Positions 46,225 through 55,180 of a DNA stretch of 64,000 nt are shown here, piece by piece (position 1 is the stretch's first letter; the number at the start of each line of letters is the position of its first letter). The notes below the pieces were generated by a model. That model saw only the letters and a program-made list of their open reading frames with translations, was not told where the DNA came from and ran no database searches. This DNA comes from a bacterium (lineage in GTDB: Bacteria; Patescibacteriota; Microgenomatia; Daviesbacterales; UBA10151): the NCBI GenBank assembly GCA_021786315.1, contig JAJYNN010000002.1, positions 334,997 to 398,996 on the forward strand, given 5' to 3'. The translations under genes and the position numbers were made by a program.

Positions 46225-47361
46225 ATGAGATCTGCCCATGGTAAGAAGTCCTTAAAGTCTAAAGTTGGTTGGAAAAAGGTTCAGAGCCAGGGCAGGATGG
46301 CCAGGCAGGTCCGTTTAGGTGTAGTTGCTTTAGCTTTTCTCCTGACGCTTATTTTGGTGGGTAAAACTATCGCCTTTTTGGGCAGCCTTTCCCGCCCTTA
46401 TTCGCCGGATGGTGTGGCTGCGGAGAGACAGGTTAACTGGAGCGCCCCGGAAACATTAAACTTAGCAGTCAAGTACAACGATATCTATCTTTTGTCGTTA
46501 AATCCCCAAAGTGACCAGCTGACAATTTTTAAGGTGCCGTCTGAAGCTTATGTTAATGCTTCTTTTGGCTTTGGCAGCTGGCCGATAAGAAGCATTTATG
46601 GGTTGGGGCAGGGTGAAAACCCTCCCATGGGAGCAAAGCTTTTAGAAACTACGTTAAGCAGCGTTTTGGGTGTAAGTGTTGACGGGTATTTAATCTTGCC
46701 TGATGATAAGGCAGGGAATTTGGAAAATCTGACTGTCAAAATAAAGCAGAATCCCTTGACGTTTATGGGTCTGCTCCGGAAAAGTAAAACAGACCTCTCT
46801 TTAAGTGAGTATTGGAATTTTTGGTGGTCATTAAAGAAAGTCCGGACGGACAAGATAGAAACGGTTGATTTAGGGGATAGCGGTATAGCTAAAACTAATG
46901 TTTTAGCTGACGGCAGTAAGGTTTATTCTCTGGACCAATACAAGCTCGATGCGGTAATCCAAAAGCAGCTGGAAGATTTAAATTTAAGGAAAGAGAGCCT
47001 TTCTGTCGGTGTATTTAATGCCACCGACCACCAGGGTTTAGCTGAAAAGGCTGCCAGGATTGTGACTAATATGGGAGGCAGGGTGATCTTTACCACCAAC
47101 CTGTCGACTTCCCTGGAAAATAGTTTTGTGGTAGAACGACACCAAGCGAACAAAGGAAAGCTGTCCTACACCACATCCCGCCTCACCAAGATCTTTACCT
47201 CATCGGCTTGCAGTAAAGGCGGAAGTATTTTTAGCTTTAAGTCCCAAGGGAAAGAGCCTGTCTGCTCACCCAAAGACCTGACTTTGAGCCCGAGCACGGC
47301 TGATGTAAACATTATCTTAGGAGAAGATTACTACTTAAGGTATAATAAGGGCAGAGAATAG
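46225..47361 (+). CDS. LytR-CpsA-Psr (LCP) family protein with LytR_C-like C-terminal domain
   Basis: N-terminal TM; 'DIYLLSLNPQSDQLTIFKVPSEAYV' LCP-like; C-terminal 'SVGVFNATDHQGLAEKAARIV' LytR_C-like. Confidence 0.5.
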   Translation: MRSAHGKKSLKSKVGWKKVQSQGRMARQVRLGVVALAFLLTLILVGKTIAFLGSLSRPYSPDGVAAERQVNWSAPETLNLAVKYNDIYLLSLNPQSDQLTIFKVPSEAYVNASFGFGSWPIRSIYGLGQGENPPMGAKLLETTLSSVLGVSVDGYLILPDDKAGNLENLTVKIKQNPLTFMGLLRKSKTDLSLSEYWNFWWSLKKVRTDKIETVDLGDSGIAKTNVLADGSKVYSLDQYKLDAVIQKQLEDLNLRKESLSVGVFNATDHQGLAEKAARIVTNMGGRVIFTTNLSTSLENSFVVERHQANKGKLSYTTSRLTKIFTSSACSKGGSIFSFKSQGKEPVCSPKDLTLSPSTADVNIILGEDYYLRYNKGRE

Positions 47362-47437
47362 TCTAATTTTCAATTTACAATTTTCAATTTTCAAATTTTG
47401 AAAATTGGATCATTAAAAATTCATTGTAAATTGTTAC
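47362..47437. repeat. AT-rich intergenic element (AATTTTCAATT ... ATTGTAAATT family) with 11-bp A/T palindrome
   Basis: 'taattttcaatttacaattttcaattttcaaattttgaaaattgg...cattgtaaattg'. Confidence 0.5.
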
Positions 47438-48199
47438 TTGGTAATTGAAAATTTTCTATTTATGCTTATTTGGATTGCGCTTTTTTTAATTGTTTTGGCA
47501 ATTTCTTTGGTTTTGGCAATTCAGTCAATGGCTGACTACGAAACCCGCCCGGCACACTTTAGCACTCCCTACACCTTGTTTTTGGTTACAAAAGAAAAAG
47601 AGCTGAATCAGGATATACTACAAGACCTACACCGGAGTTTGCTGCAAAAGGGGTTCATTTTGTCGCTGGAAAGGCTATTTCGCGGGGGTAGGCGGGCTTT
47701 GGTGTTATATGGGCCATCGGCAATTTTAAAACCCTTAAGTGGGCGTCTGGGGCTTATCGAACTGGAGGATTACAGCAAAAGGGAAATCAAACCCGGACAA
47801 GGTGTTGTTGCCTGGGAAGTTGGGAGAAAGGCACAGGATGATAAGCTGGTTGTGGGAAATATTTTTCAAAACATACCGGAATTTACGGAGGAGGAAGAAT
47901 TTTGGTGGCAGGTTGTGACCCAACCCACTAAAGATTCCTTTAAATCAATTATCCGGGCGGTAGTTTTAGCAGTGGATCAGCGGCGGGCTTCGGCCTTGCA
48001 AAACGAACTTCTGCAAATTGGCAAAGATAAGGGGCTATCTTTGCTTCCTCAAGCCTATTCCACGCCCCAAATGGTCAAACTGTACCAAGACAGAAGTATA
48101 CCGGTGAACTTTTTTTCTAAAGGGCCCAAAGGGGTAATTTTAAACTTGCAGCCTGATGAGCTTCAGTCCCTGCTTTCTTCCTCGTCGGTTTCAACCTGA
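47438..48199 (+). CDS. hypothetical N-terminally anchored protein
   Basis: TM helix then 220 aa; no motif. Confidence 0.4.
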   Translation: MVIENFLFMLIWIALFLIVLAISLVLAIQSMADYETRPAHFSTPYTLFLVTKEKELNQDILQDLHRSLLQKGFILSLERLFRGGRRALVLYGPSAILKPLSGRLGLIELEDYSKREIKPGQGVVAWEVGRKAQDDKLVVGNIFQNIPEFTEEEEFWWQVVTQPTKDSFKSIIRAVVLAVDQRRASALQNELLQIGKDKGLSLLPQAYSTPQMVKLYQDRSIPVNFFSKGPKGVILNLQPDELQSLLSSSSVST

Positions 48200-48948
48200 A
48201 AATCGTCGTCCATCATCTCTTCCGGAGAGACTACAAAATGGTCGGTAGCAGTGTAGGTAACAGTATCCCCCCGGTCTTCCAGGAAAGAAGCCTGGTTGCG
48301 GAACCTGGCAGAGCGGAAAACTTCCCGGATTAAAATGGAAACGCTGTTGGTTTTGATGGTCTTAATGATTGCCTGGTATTTGTTGCCGCCGTTCATTAAG
48401 CGGATCAGGTGGTGGGAGAGATCGTCAGGCAGGACCCCTAAATATTCGCCGAATGTATCAACTGCGGCCACAGCGTGATTTTTAATCACTAAATTAACTA
48501 ACATTCCGGCAGAAAGTAGGGAAAGCTTCTGGGGTTCAGCGACTTTGAGTAAGGTAACCAGGCGGGTTTTCCCTGGTTCCTCAATAAAAAGATCGCTGTC
48601 TATTTGACCATAACAAGGCTGGGGGGTCATTTGAACCTTGGCCCCTTTTTTGGCAAAGGTTTTGATCCTTTTTAAAAACTTGGCAGCAATTTGGTTGTAG
48701 GCATCACATTCCAAGGCCAGTTCAAAGTATTTTTGGGATTGTTTTAACTCGCCCAGCTCAAAATAAGCCCGGCCTAAGCGGTTTAAAGCCTCAACGTTTT
48801 TCGGTTCCAAATCAATGATTTGTTGGTTTAATTTCAGGGCTTCTTCCCAGTTTGCGGAGAGGGCGGCGGAGATTGCGGCTTGGGTCAGTTGTACAGAGGA
48901 GTCATCCATCAGAAAAGGAGTATATTTGAAATCTGTATTGCTTGTCAA
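48163..48948 (-). CDS. TPR-repeat protein with uncharacterised C-terminal domain
   Basis: N-terminal TPR-like repeats 'ALKLNQQIIDLEPKNVEALNRLGRAYFELGELKQSQKYFELA'. Confidence 0.5.
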   Translation of the reverse strand: MTSNTDFKYTPFLMDDSSVQLTQAAISAALSANWEEALKLNQQIIDLEPKNVEALNRLGRAYFELGELKQSQKYFELALECDAYNQIAAKFLKRIKTFAKKGAKVQMTPQPCYGQIDSDLFIEEPGKTRLVTLLKVAEPQKLSLLSAGMLVNLVIKNHAVAAVDTFGEYLGVLPDDLSHHLIRLMNGGNKYQAIIKTIKTNSVSILIREVFRSARFRNQASFLEDRGDTVTYTATDHFVVSPEEMMDDDFQVETDEEESRD

Positions 48949-49088
48949 TCTATCAAGTTGGGGAATTTAAAAGGGTACAAGAAAGGCGCCGTGGGGTAGG
49001 GAAAGAATTTGCGACTAAAATCGCGCATAAACTGCGATGCAGTCACAATTCTCTCTTTATATTACCTTAGGCGCCTCTCTTGCACTGG

Positions 49089-49454
49089 TTAGCCCTGGAT
49101 TTTTCTTTTCCGGAGGTTATAACTCGGTATTTGCTTGCTCTGGTTGCCTTGGTAGTTTGGTGCCGTTGCCAAGATGACAAGACAGCTTGCGATGATAAAG
49201 CAGTTCCTGATCAGCTCGCCATCCGGTCTTCCCATTACTGTGGAAAACAGGAAAATTAAGCCGACACTCAAAAGGATACTTGCGAGGACTACCTGGACAA
49301 GGCATATCAGATAATACATGAAACCAGGTGGTATAGGAACTTGTCTCCAGTAATACCTCCAGTTTTGGTTCCAGCGTATTGCAATAATACTGCATCCGAT
49401 TGCCGATATCCCGAATAGAAAGGTGACCAAAACGCTGTCGAACGGATTCATCAT
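49089..49454 (-). CDS. hypothetical membrane protein
   Basis: 121 aa, 3 TM. Confidence 0.4.
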   Translation of the reverse strand: MMNPFDSVLVTFLFGISAIGCSIIAIRWNQNWRYYWRQVPIPPGFMYYLICLVQVVLASILLSVGLIFLFSTVMGRPDGELIRNCFIIASCLVILATAPNYQGNQSKQIPSYNLRKRKIQG

Positions 49455-49743
49455 TTTGCCTCCTTAGGGCTAAAATTTATTAGCTTTACTCAAGCAAAGC
49501 CTGGTCAAAAACAAGATTCTTAATTCTTAAATCCTAAATCTTAATTCTTGTGCCCAACCAGGCTCTGCCTGAGGTAAAAAAGTTAATCCACAAACTATTA
49601 AAGTGCAAGGGTTCCTTTAGACTTTTTAGGTCCTCGGGAATGGAATAATTATAGCAGGAAAGCCTTGAAATATCAAACTATGGGATACTTATATGCCTCC
49701 ATAGCTTGAAAAAGTAGCCTTCAAGAGATATCATCATAAAGTT

Positions 49744-50499
49744 ATGTCAGGGCACAGTAAGTGGTCGCAAATTAAAAGACAAAAAGGTATGGCTGACGTT
49801 AAGCGTGGGGCAACTTTTACTAAATTGGCCAATGCCATTACTATTGCTGCCCGTTTAGGTGGTTCCGGTGATCCCAATTCCAGCCCCAGGCTTCGTATGG
49901 CTGTTGAGGCTGCCCGTCAGGTAAACATGCCCAAAGATAACGTTCAGCGGGCCATAGATCGTGGTTTAGGAAAGCTTCCCGGACAAGTCTTGGAAGAGGT
50001 GGCTTATGAGGGATTTGGCCCAGGTAAAGTGGCCTATCTTATTGAGGGTGTCACTGACAACCGTTTACGGACTAACCAGGAAGTAAAGAACCTTTTTGAC
50101 CGGGCCGGCGGGGCTTTGGGTGGACCGGGCAGTACCGCCTATATGTTTGACCGGAAAGGGGAGATCAAAGTAAAAACTAGGGGTGGCAATAAGGATGATG
50201 AATTACTGGAGCTCATTGATCTTGGGGCAGACGATGTGGAGGACTTTGAAGAGGATAATATACAAAAGTATTTAGTATATACAGAAGGCTCAGAATTAAA
50301 TACTATGGGTACAAAAATTACTCAGGCTGGGTTTGAAATAGAGGAGCAGGATTTAACCTATAAACCGAACATGGTGACAGAAGTAAAAGATGCCAATGTA
50401 GCGCAAAAGGTAATGGAGTTTACGGAAAAATTAGAAGATTTGGATGATGTCCAAAAGGTATATGCAAATTTTGATATACCTGATGAGATGGTGGAATAA
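49744..50499 (+). CDS. yebC: YebC/PmpR-family DNA-binding regulator
   Basis: 'MSGHSKWSQIKRQKG..D.KRG..F.KL...I..AAR.GG.DP..N..L'. Confidence 0.9.
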   Translation: MSGHSKWSQIKRQKGMADVKRGATFTKLANAITIAARLGGSGDPNSSPRLRMAVEAARQVNMPKDNVQRAIDRGLGKLPGQVLEEVAYEGFGPGKVAYLIEGVTDNRLRTNQEVKNLFDRAGGALGGPGSTAYMFDRKGEIKVKTRGGNKDDELLELIDLGADDVEDFEEDNIQKYLVYTEGSELNTMGTKITQAGFEIEEQDLTYKPNMVTEVKDANVAQKVMEFTEKLEDLDDVQKVYANFDIPDEMVE

Positions 50500-50596
50500 T
50501 TTTCAATTTTTAATTCTTAATTTTCAATAAATTTTTAATGTTTAAATTTTAAAAATTAGAAATTCACTGTAAATTGGAAATTTTAAATTAGAAATT
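50500..50596. repeat. AT-rich intergenic element (AATTTTCAATT ... CACTGTAAATTGGAAATT family)
   Basis: shares sub-motifs with 22928-23025, 24372-24470, 34233-34331, 47362-47437. Confidence 0.5.
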
Positions 50597-51148
50597 ATGA
50601 TTATATTAGGCATTGATCCAGGAACAGCCACAACCGGATATGGACTTATCAAAGTACCTGATGATTTGTTAGGAAGGAAGTTTGACTATGATTTGGAACT
50701 TGTAGACTATGGTTTTATCTCCACGCCCAAAGATACCTTAATGGAAAAAAGATTGGTGATGTTACACCACGATTTGGAAAAGCTCTTGGACCAATTTAAG
50801 CCTGATTTGATTGTCATTGAGATGTTATTTTTTGGTTCCAATACCCGGACAGCGATTGCTGTCGGGCAGGCGAGGGGAGTGATGATGCTTTCTGCCGGGA
50901 TGAGAAATATCCCGATCCATGAATATACCGGGCCACAGGTAAAGTTGATGATTGCCGGATCAGGCAGGGCAGACAAGAAACAGGTCCACGAAGGTGTCCG
51001 GAAATTTTTGGGTAAAAGCGGTAAAAAGACCCGGGAGCTGGTCCAGCCGATGGTGGGAGGCGCCAGAAGGAATAAGAAGTTTTCTGATGATGCCACCGAT
51101 GCCCTTGCCATTGCTATCACTCATGTCTTAAAGTTAGCAGCAGCATAA
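50597..51148 (+). CDS. ruvC: crossover junction endodeoxyribonuclease RuvC
   Basis: 'IILGIDPGTATTGYGLI', 'IVIEMLFF', 'DATDALAIAITH'. Confidence 0.9.
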   Translation: MIILGIDPGTATTGYGLIKVPDDLLGRKFDYDLELVDYGFISTPKDTLMEKRLVMLHHDLEKLLDQFKPDLIVIEMLFFGSNTRTAIAVGQARGVMMLSAGMRNIPIHEYTGPQVKLMIAGSGRADKKQVHEGVRKFLGKSGKKTRELVQPMVGGARRNKKFSDDATDALAIAITHVLKLAAA

Positions 51149-51152
51149 AAGA

Positions 51153-51968
51153 ATGAAGGCTTTATCAGTCAAATTAAAAGTTTTTGGGGTTTCGGCAGAA
51201 TTAACCAAACGCCAAAAGATTATTGTTGCCTCGGGTATCCTTTCTCTTGGGTTATTGTCCACTCAATTGGTGCCGTTTTATCTGGCTTACCGGTTTATTG
51301 CGGGCTTGACGGTTGCCGCTTATCTGCTTTCCCTTTGGGCTTTGTGGGAGGGAATGGACAGGAGAAAGGCGGTAATTTTGATGATCTTGCCGACTTTGTT
51401 TACCCTGGCCGTTGCCAGCTATTATTTTTTGTTGCCGGTCCGCTGGTTAACCAGAATTCCGGTGGCGACACTTTTCGGGCTGACTTTTTATACATTGCTT
51501 TTGTCCCAAAATGTCTTTAATGTGGCTTCCACCAGGACCATTCCTTTGTACAGGGTGGCCTCAACCACAGTTTTTATTTTAACTTTAATTACTTCATTTC
51601 TATTGTTTAATGTCATGTTTTCTTTGAACCTGTTTTTCCTCTGGAACGGGGTAGCGGTCTTTATCTTAACTTTTCCGCTGATTTTACAGGTTCTTTGGAC
51701 AATTGATATGGAAGCTGTTTCGAGCGTAATTTTAATGTATAGTTTGAGCCTATCTTTGGTAGTGGCGGAGATTGGGGTGGCCCTGTCTTTTTGGCCGCTT
51801 TCTAAGTCTATGGCTTCCTTAATGCTATCCACGGCCATTTATACAACCTTGGGAATTGGATCTGATGCCTTAAAGGAACGGCTGAGTAGAGGAGTGGTCT
51901 GGGAATATTTAGGCTGGGGAGCGGTGATCTTCCTTGTAGCTTTACTCGGCACTTCCTGGACGGGGTAG
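51153..51968 (+). CDS. hypothetical polytopic membrane protein
   Basis: 7-8 TM helices. Confidence 0.45.
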   Translation: MKALSVKLKVFGVSAELTKRQKIIVASGILSLGLLSTQLVPFYLAYRFIAGLTVAAYLLSLWALWEGMDRRKAVILMILPTLFTLAVASYYFLLPVRWLTRIPVATLFGLTFYTLLLSQNVFNVASTRTIPLYRVASTTVFILTLITSFLLFNVMFSLNLFFLWNGVAVFILTFPLILQVLWTIDMEAVSSVILMYSLSLSLVVAEIGVALSFWPLSKSMASLMLSTAIYTTLGIGSDALKERLSRGVVWEYLGWGAVIFLVALLGTSWTG

Positions 51969-51974
51969 ACCCGA

Positions 51975-53299
51975 GTATCGGAATATCGGAGTATCAGAAT
52001 GTCAAAAGATTCCGACACTCCGAAACGCAGATATTCTGACACGCTGAATAAAAAGGGGAGAATAGTGTGTTGGAAAGCCCCAAATGAAGATGCAAAAAGT
52101 TGTTTGCCTTTATAGCATCTTCTCGCAGTACGCTTCGCGTACAATTGGAAGTATTCACCATAAAAAAGTGAATACTTCATACGATAGAGGAGGTAGAGAG
52201 GCGAAAACTATGGGACATTGTTTGATATAGTTGATATAGTTTGATATAGTTGCTAGCCTCGAATGTGGATAACTATAAGACATATCAGAGTATCAGAATA
52301 TCGGAACATCAGTGTGTCGGGAGACCAGAACATCAGATGATCAGAGTGTAGAGAACGAGAGAATACACTACTCTGGGGAGGCTACGACAAGATATATTTT
52401 TACCATTCTTACAAGACGACTGCTAACTTCTGTTTACACGCGTGAAAAATTAGGGATCTCCTTTGAAAGAGAGGAGAGCTCCCGTTACTTTATAAAAATA
52501 CGCACAAATTAGAACACGAAGCTGTGAGTTTGCCTCTACTTCAAGATAGATCCAGCCTCACACCCCGCTAAACAGAAGCCCTACTCAATTACTATGTCGC
52601 ACAATGTATCTTATGCGACGTCATGGATGCCTGTAACCAGGGGGAGACCCACCGGTCGCCAAAGCGACCGAATTTATAATTTTCAATTAACAATTTTAAA
52701 TTCTTTATTTTGTACCTATTTTAAATACTTTCCTATCGAAAAATTTTTCTTAATTCTTAACTCTTAATTCATAATTCTCGTTTTTTAGGTTTAGGGCTTT
52801 GGGACAAGCTAATCTGGGATGATGAAGTGTACATCCTCCCCCCGTTTCGACCGTTTTAGGGGCCTTCTAGAGCCTCGTGCGTAAATAGCCAGAGTGCCAG
52901 AGTTTCGGCGTATCAGAGTGTCGGAAAAGACATTAATAAACCCAGGTCTTATGCAAAGCGTTTAATCTTTTGGATAAAATTCGATATTCTTCTAATAAAT
53001 TGTTGGCTTCTACAGAAAAATTTTCATCAATCATTGATAAGGCTCTTAGATGAGTAATTATTTCGTCACTGGAACCAATAGCTATCAATAGATATCTTCT
53101 AAATTCCTTTTGTGAATTACGCTTAGCGAAGCCTTCAGCCTGTGGTAGCTTATTAGCTAATTCGTATAACTCCTTTAGTAACCTTAGTGATTCTTGGTAA
53201 ACCACTAAGTCTGTTACATCCTTAATTTCCATCAATTTTATCTTATTCACGAGTCCTTTTCCGGTTAACCGACATTCCGATACTCCGATATTCTGATAC
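51975..53299. mobile_element. cassette bounded by inverted 29-bp octamer-array ends (27/29 identity), containing a repeat-rich non-coding kb and a four-helix-bundle gene
   Basis: left 51975-52003 GTATCGGAATATCGGAGTATCAGAATGTC; right 53271-53299 is its reverse complement with 2 mismatches. Confidence 0.35.
52933..53232 (-). CDS. four-helix-bundle protein (23S rRNA IVS protein family), free-standing
   Basis: 'MEIKDVTDLVVYQESLRLLKELYELANKLPQAEGFAKRNSQKEFRRYLLIAIGSSDEIITHL'; the ORF track's 5' extension to 53556 is considered spurious. Confidence 0.7.
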   Translation of the reverse strand: MEIKDVTDLVVYQESLRLLKELYELANKLPQAEGFAKRNSQKEFRRYLLIAIGSSDEIITHLRALSMIDENFSVEANNLLEEYRILSKRLNALHKTWVY

Positions 53300-53368
53300 G
53301 TCGCACAATATTTATCCTCTTTCGAGGCTATTCGACTACCTTTTAATCTATGATAGTATGAAATAGAG

Positions 53369-54844
53369 ATGGCTTTGTTTGGAAATAAATTTAAGGTAAA
53401 GGATCTAGTTTCCCTCACTCTCCTACTCTTGTTAATGGCTGCTATTCCTTTGGGGGTGAAATTAATTGAACAACAACAGATATTAAAAGGAAGGGCATCC
53501 TCGAATCTGGATAGTTGTGTCAATAAATTAATCTTTGGGTTTAATGGCCCGGTCAATAATAAAATTAGAGAGCTTTTTACCAGCCCTTCACTTAATTTTA
53601 TTCCAGTTGCTTGGAAGGATATCCAGCCAAATCAAAGTTCTGCTTACGATTTTTCCAAAGTTGATAAATTAATAAATGACACCATTGCCGAAGGCCGGAC
53701 TCCAACTATTAAGTTTTGTGATGGTGATTGTTTCCCTGATTGGGCCAGGCAAATGGACACCGCTCCCGAGAGAACTTATTGCTGTAGTACTGATTATGTG
53801 TGCCGAGTATTAAAGGAAGATACCGGTACTGCAAACGCCTTTTCCGATGTGGTTAAAGCGATGGTGAACCGCTATAAAGATAAGGTGCATTATTGGGATT
53901 ATGGTATTGAGCCAAATTGCCGGGGTTACAACCCACAAAAATATACCGGTTTGCTGAAAAACTTTGCCAACTCTGTTAGGTCACAGGATTCAGGAGCTGT
54001 TATTGTCGGAGGACATTTGGCGGGAGCCAACATCGACTATCTGCGGGCGATGTATGCCGCCGGGGCTAAACCGTATTTTGACCGGCTCTCCGTTGACCCT
54101 TATGGTGAGCCGTTGGACTTTAATGCCTTGGAAGTTGCCCATAATTATATGGTTAGTCAAGGAGATGGCAATAAAAAGATCTGGTTGGGTGAATGGGGTT
54201 TGGCGACTAACAATGATGAGACAAAACAAGCAGATCAAGTCCAGATAGGCCTAAATTATTTGGCAAATCAATCTTGGATTGAAGCTGCTTTTTATCACAA
54301 TTTTGAATGTGAGCTTTGGACTAGCACTTGTTCCCCCGGAACTCCCGGTTACTTAGGCTTTGGTTTAACTAAAAGTGATGGCAGCGTGAAGCTTGCCTAC
54401 AATACCTTTAAGCATGCGGTGAGTGCTTGTATGGCTGCAACCCCTACGGCTCAGCCTTCCCCTATTGCCAGCCCGACAACTTCCGCTTCTCCGACCGGAA
54501 CCATATCCCCTGTGCCGACGGTTTCCTGGGCTCAAAGTACCCCAACCCCAATTTCTTCATCCCAGGGTAATAATTCCGGTAGAGCTACCTCCACCTCTAC
54601 TCCATCTTATAAGAGGAACTTGTCCAAAGCCTTCCCTACCCCGACTCCCCTGCCTACCTTGTCTCAGGAAACCCTCAAGTTTGACTATAACGGTGATAAT
54701 AAAGTTAATAGTTTTGATGTTGGTTTGTTTATCCAAGGATGGCTGAAGAATGATGCTTCCGGAATTGTTAAATTTGACGCCAACGGCGATGGCATTATTA
54801 ACTCACTGGATTATTCCCTTTTGGTCAAGAGTGTTAATCCTTAA
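53369..54844 (+). CDS. N-terminally anchored GH5-like (clan GH-A TIM-barrel) glycoside hydrolase with Pro/Thr linker and C-terminal dockerin module
   Basis: 'WDYGIEPN' (NEP-like acid/base), 'IWLGEWGLA' (nucleophile context); dockerin Ca-loops 'DYNGDNKVNSFD' and 'DANGDGIINSLD'. Confidence 0.6.
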   Translation: MALFGNKFKVKDLVSLTLLLLLMAAIPLGVKLIEQQQILKGRASSNLDSCVNKLIFGFNGPVNNKIRELFTSPSLNFIPVAWKDIQPNQSSAYDFSKVDKLINDTIAEGRTPTIKFCDGDCFPDWARQMDTAPERTYCCSTDYVCRVLKEDTGTANAFSDVVKAMVNRYKDKVHYWDYGIEPNCRGYNPQKYTGLLKNFANSVRSQDSGAVIVGGHLAGANIDYLRAMYAAGAKPYFDRLSVDPYGEPLDFNALEVAHNYMVSQGDGNKKIWLGEWGLATNNDETKQADQVQIGLNYLANQSWIEAAFYHNFECELWTSTCSPGTPGYLGFGLTKSDGSVKLAYNTFKHAVSACMAATPTAQPSPIASPTTSASPTGTISPVPTVSWAQSTPTPISSSQGNNSGRATSTSTPSYKRNLSKAFPTPTPLPTLSQETLKFDYNGDNKVNSFDVGLFIQGWLKNDASGIVKFDANGDGIINSLDYSLLVKSVNP

Positions 54845-54889
54845 GGTTTCACTTGACAACCTTTATATATATGGTCTACGCTAAATTCA

Positions 54890-55177
54890 GTGGATCCTGA
54901 CATGAACCAATTTGATTCGATTAAAGAGCAAACCAGTAAAAGGAAAAATGTTTTAACTGCCTTAATGGTTGTAGCGGCAATTCTAATAATTCCCTTCGGA
55001 GTAAAGCTTATCCAGCAACAACAGGAATTAAAGTCAAAAGCGGCTAATGATTCCATTCAGTTTGCCGGTGATAGTGTCAAGTGTGATACGGCCGGTAAAT
55101 GTACCACCACTTCCAAGACAGTCCAGGTCCAGTTGCGTTCGCCGCTTGGACCGCCGGCCAAACTACCGCAGCATTAA
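54890..55177 (+). CDS. small N-terminally anchored protein sharing the 'P[LF]GVKLI[EQ]QQQ' motif with the preceding gene
   Basis: TM 'LTALMVVAAILIIPFGVKLIQQQQELKSK'; same frame as the next gene, separated by a single TAA. Confidence 0.4.
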   Translation: MDPDMNQFDSIKEQTSKRKNVLTALMVVAAILIIPFGVKLIQQQQELKSKAANDSIQFAGDSVKCDTAGKCTTTSKTVQVQLRSPLGPPAKLPQH

Positions 55178-55180
55178 AAT

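Noticed and set aside
52312-52512. 66-aa ORF in the non-coding repeat region
   Set aside because: It lies on period-8 repeat arrays with no RBS and a biased composition; likely not coding.
51975-52932. Possibility that the repeat-rich non-coding kb is a CRISPR array, tmRNA or RNase P RNA
   Set aside because: The repeats are 8-bp degenerate tandem units without spacers. No tmRNA tag frame/tRNA-like 3' end (GGTTCGA..CCACCA) and no RNase P P4/GGTAAGAGCGCACC motifs were found by eye.
52933-53556. The ORF-track 207-aa version of the left 4HB gene
   Set aside because: Only the C-terminal 100 aa (from Met at 53232) match the four-helix-bundle family; the N-terminal part runs across the octamer repeat arrays.
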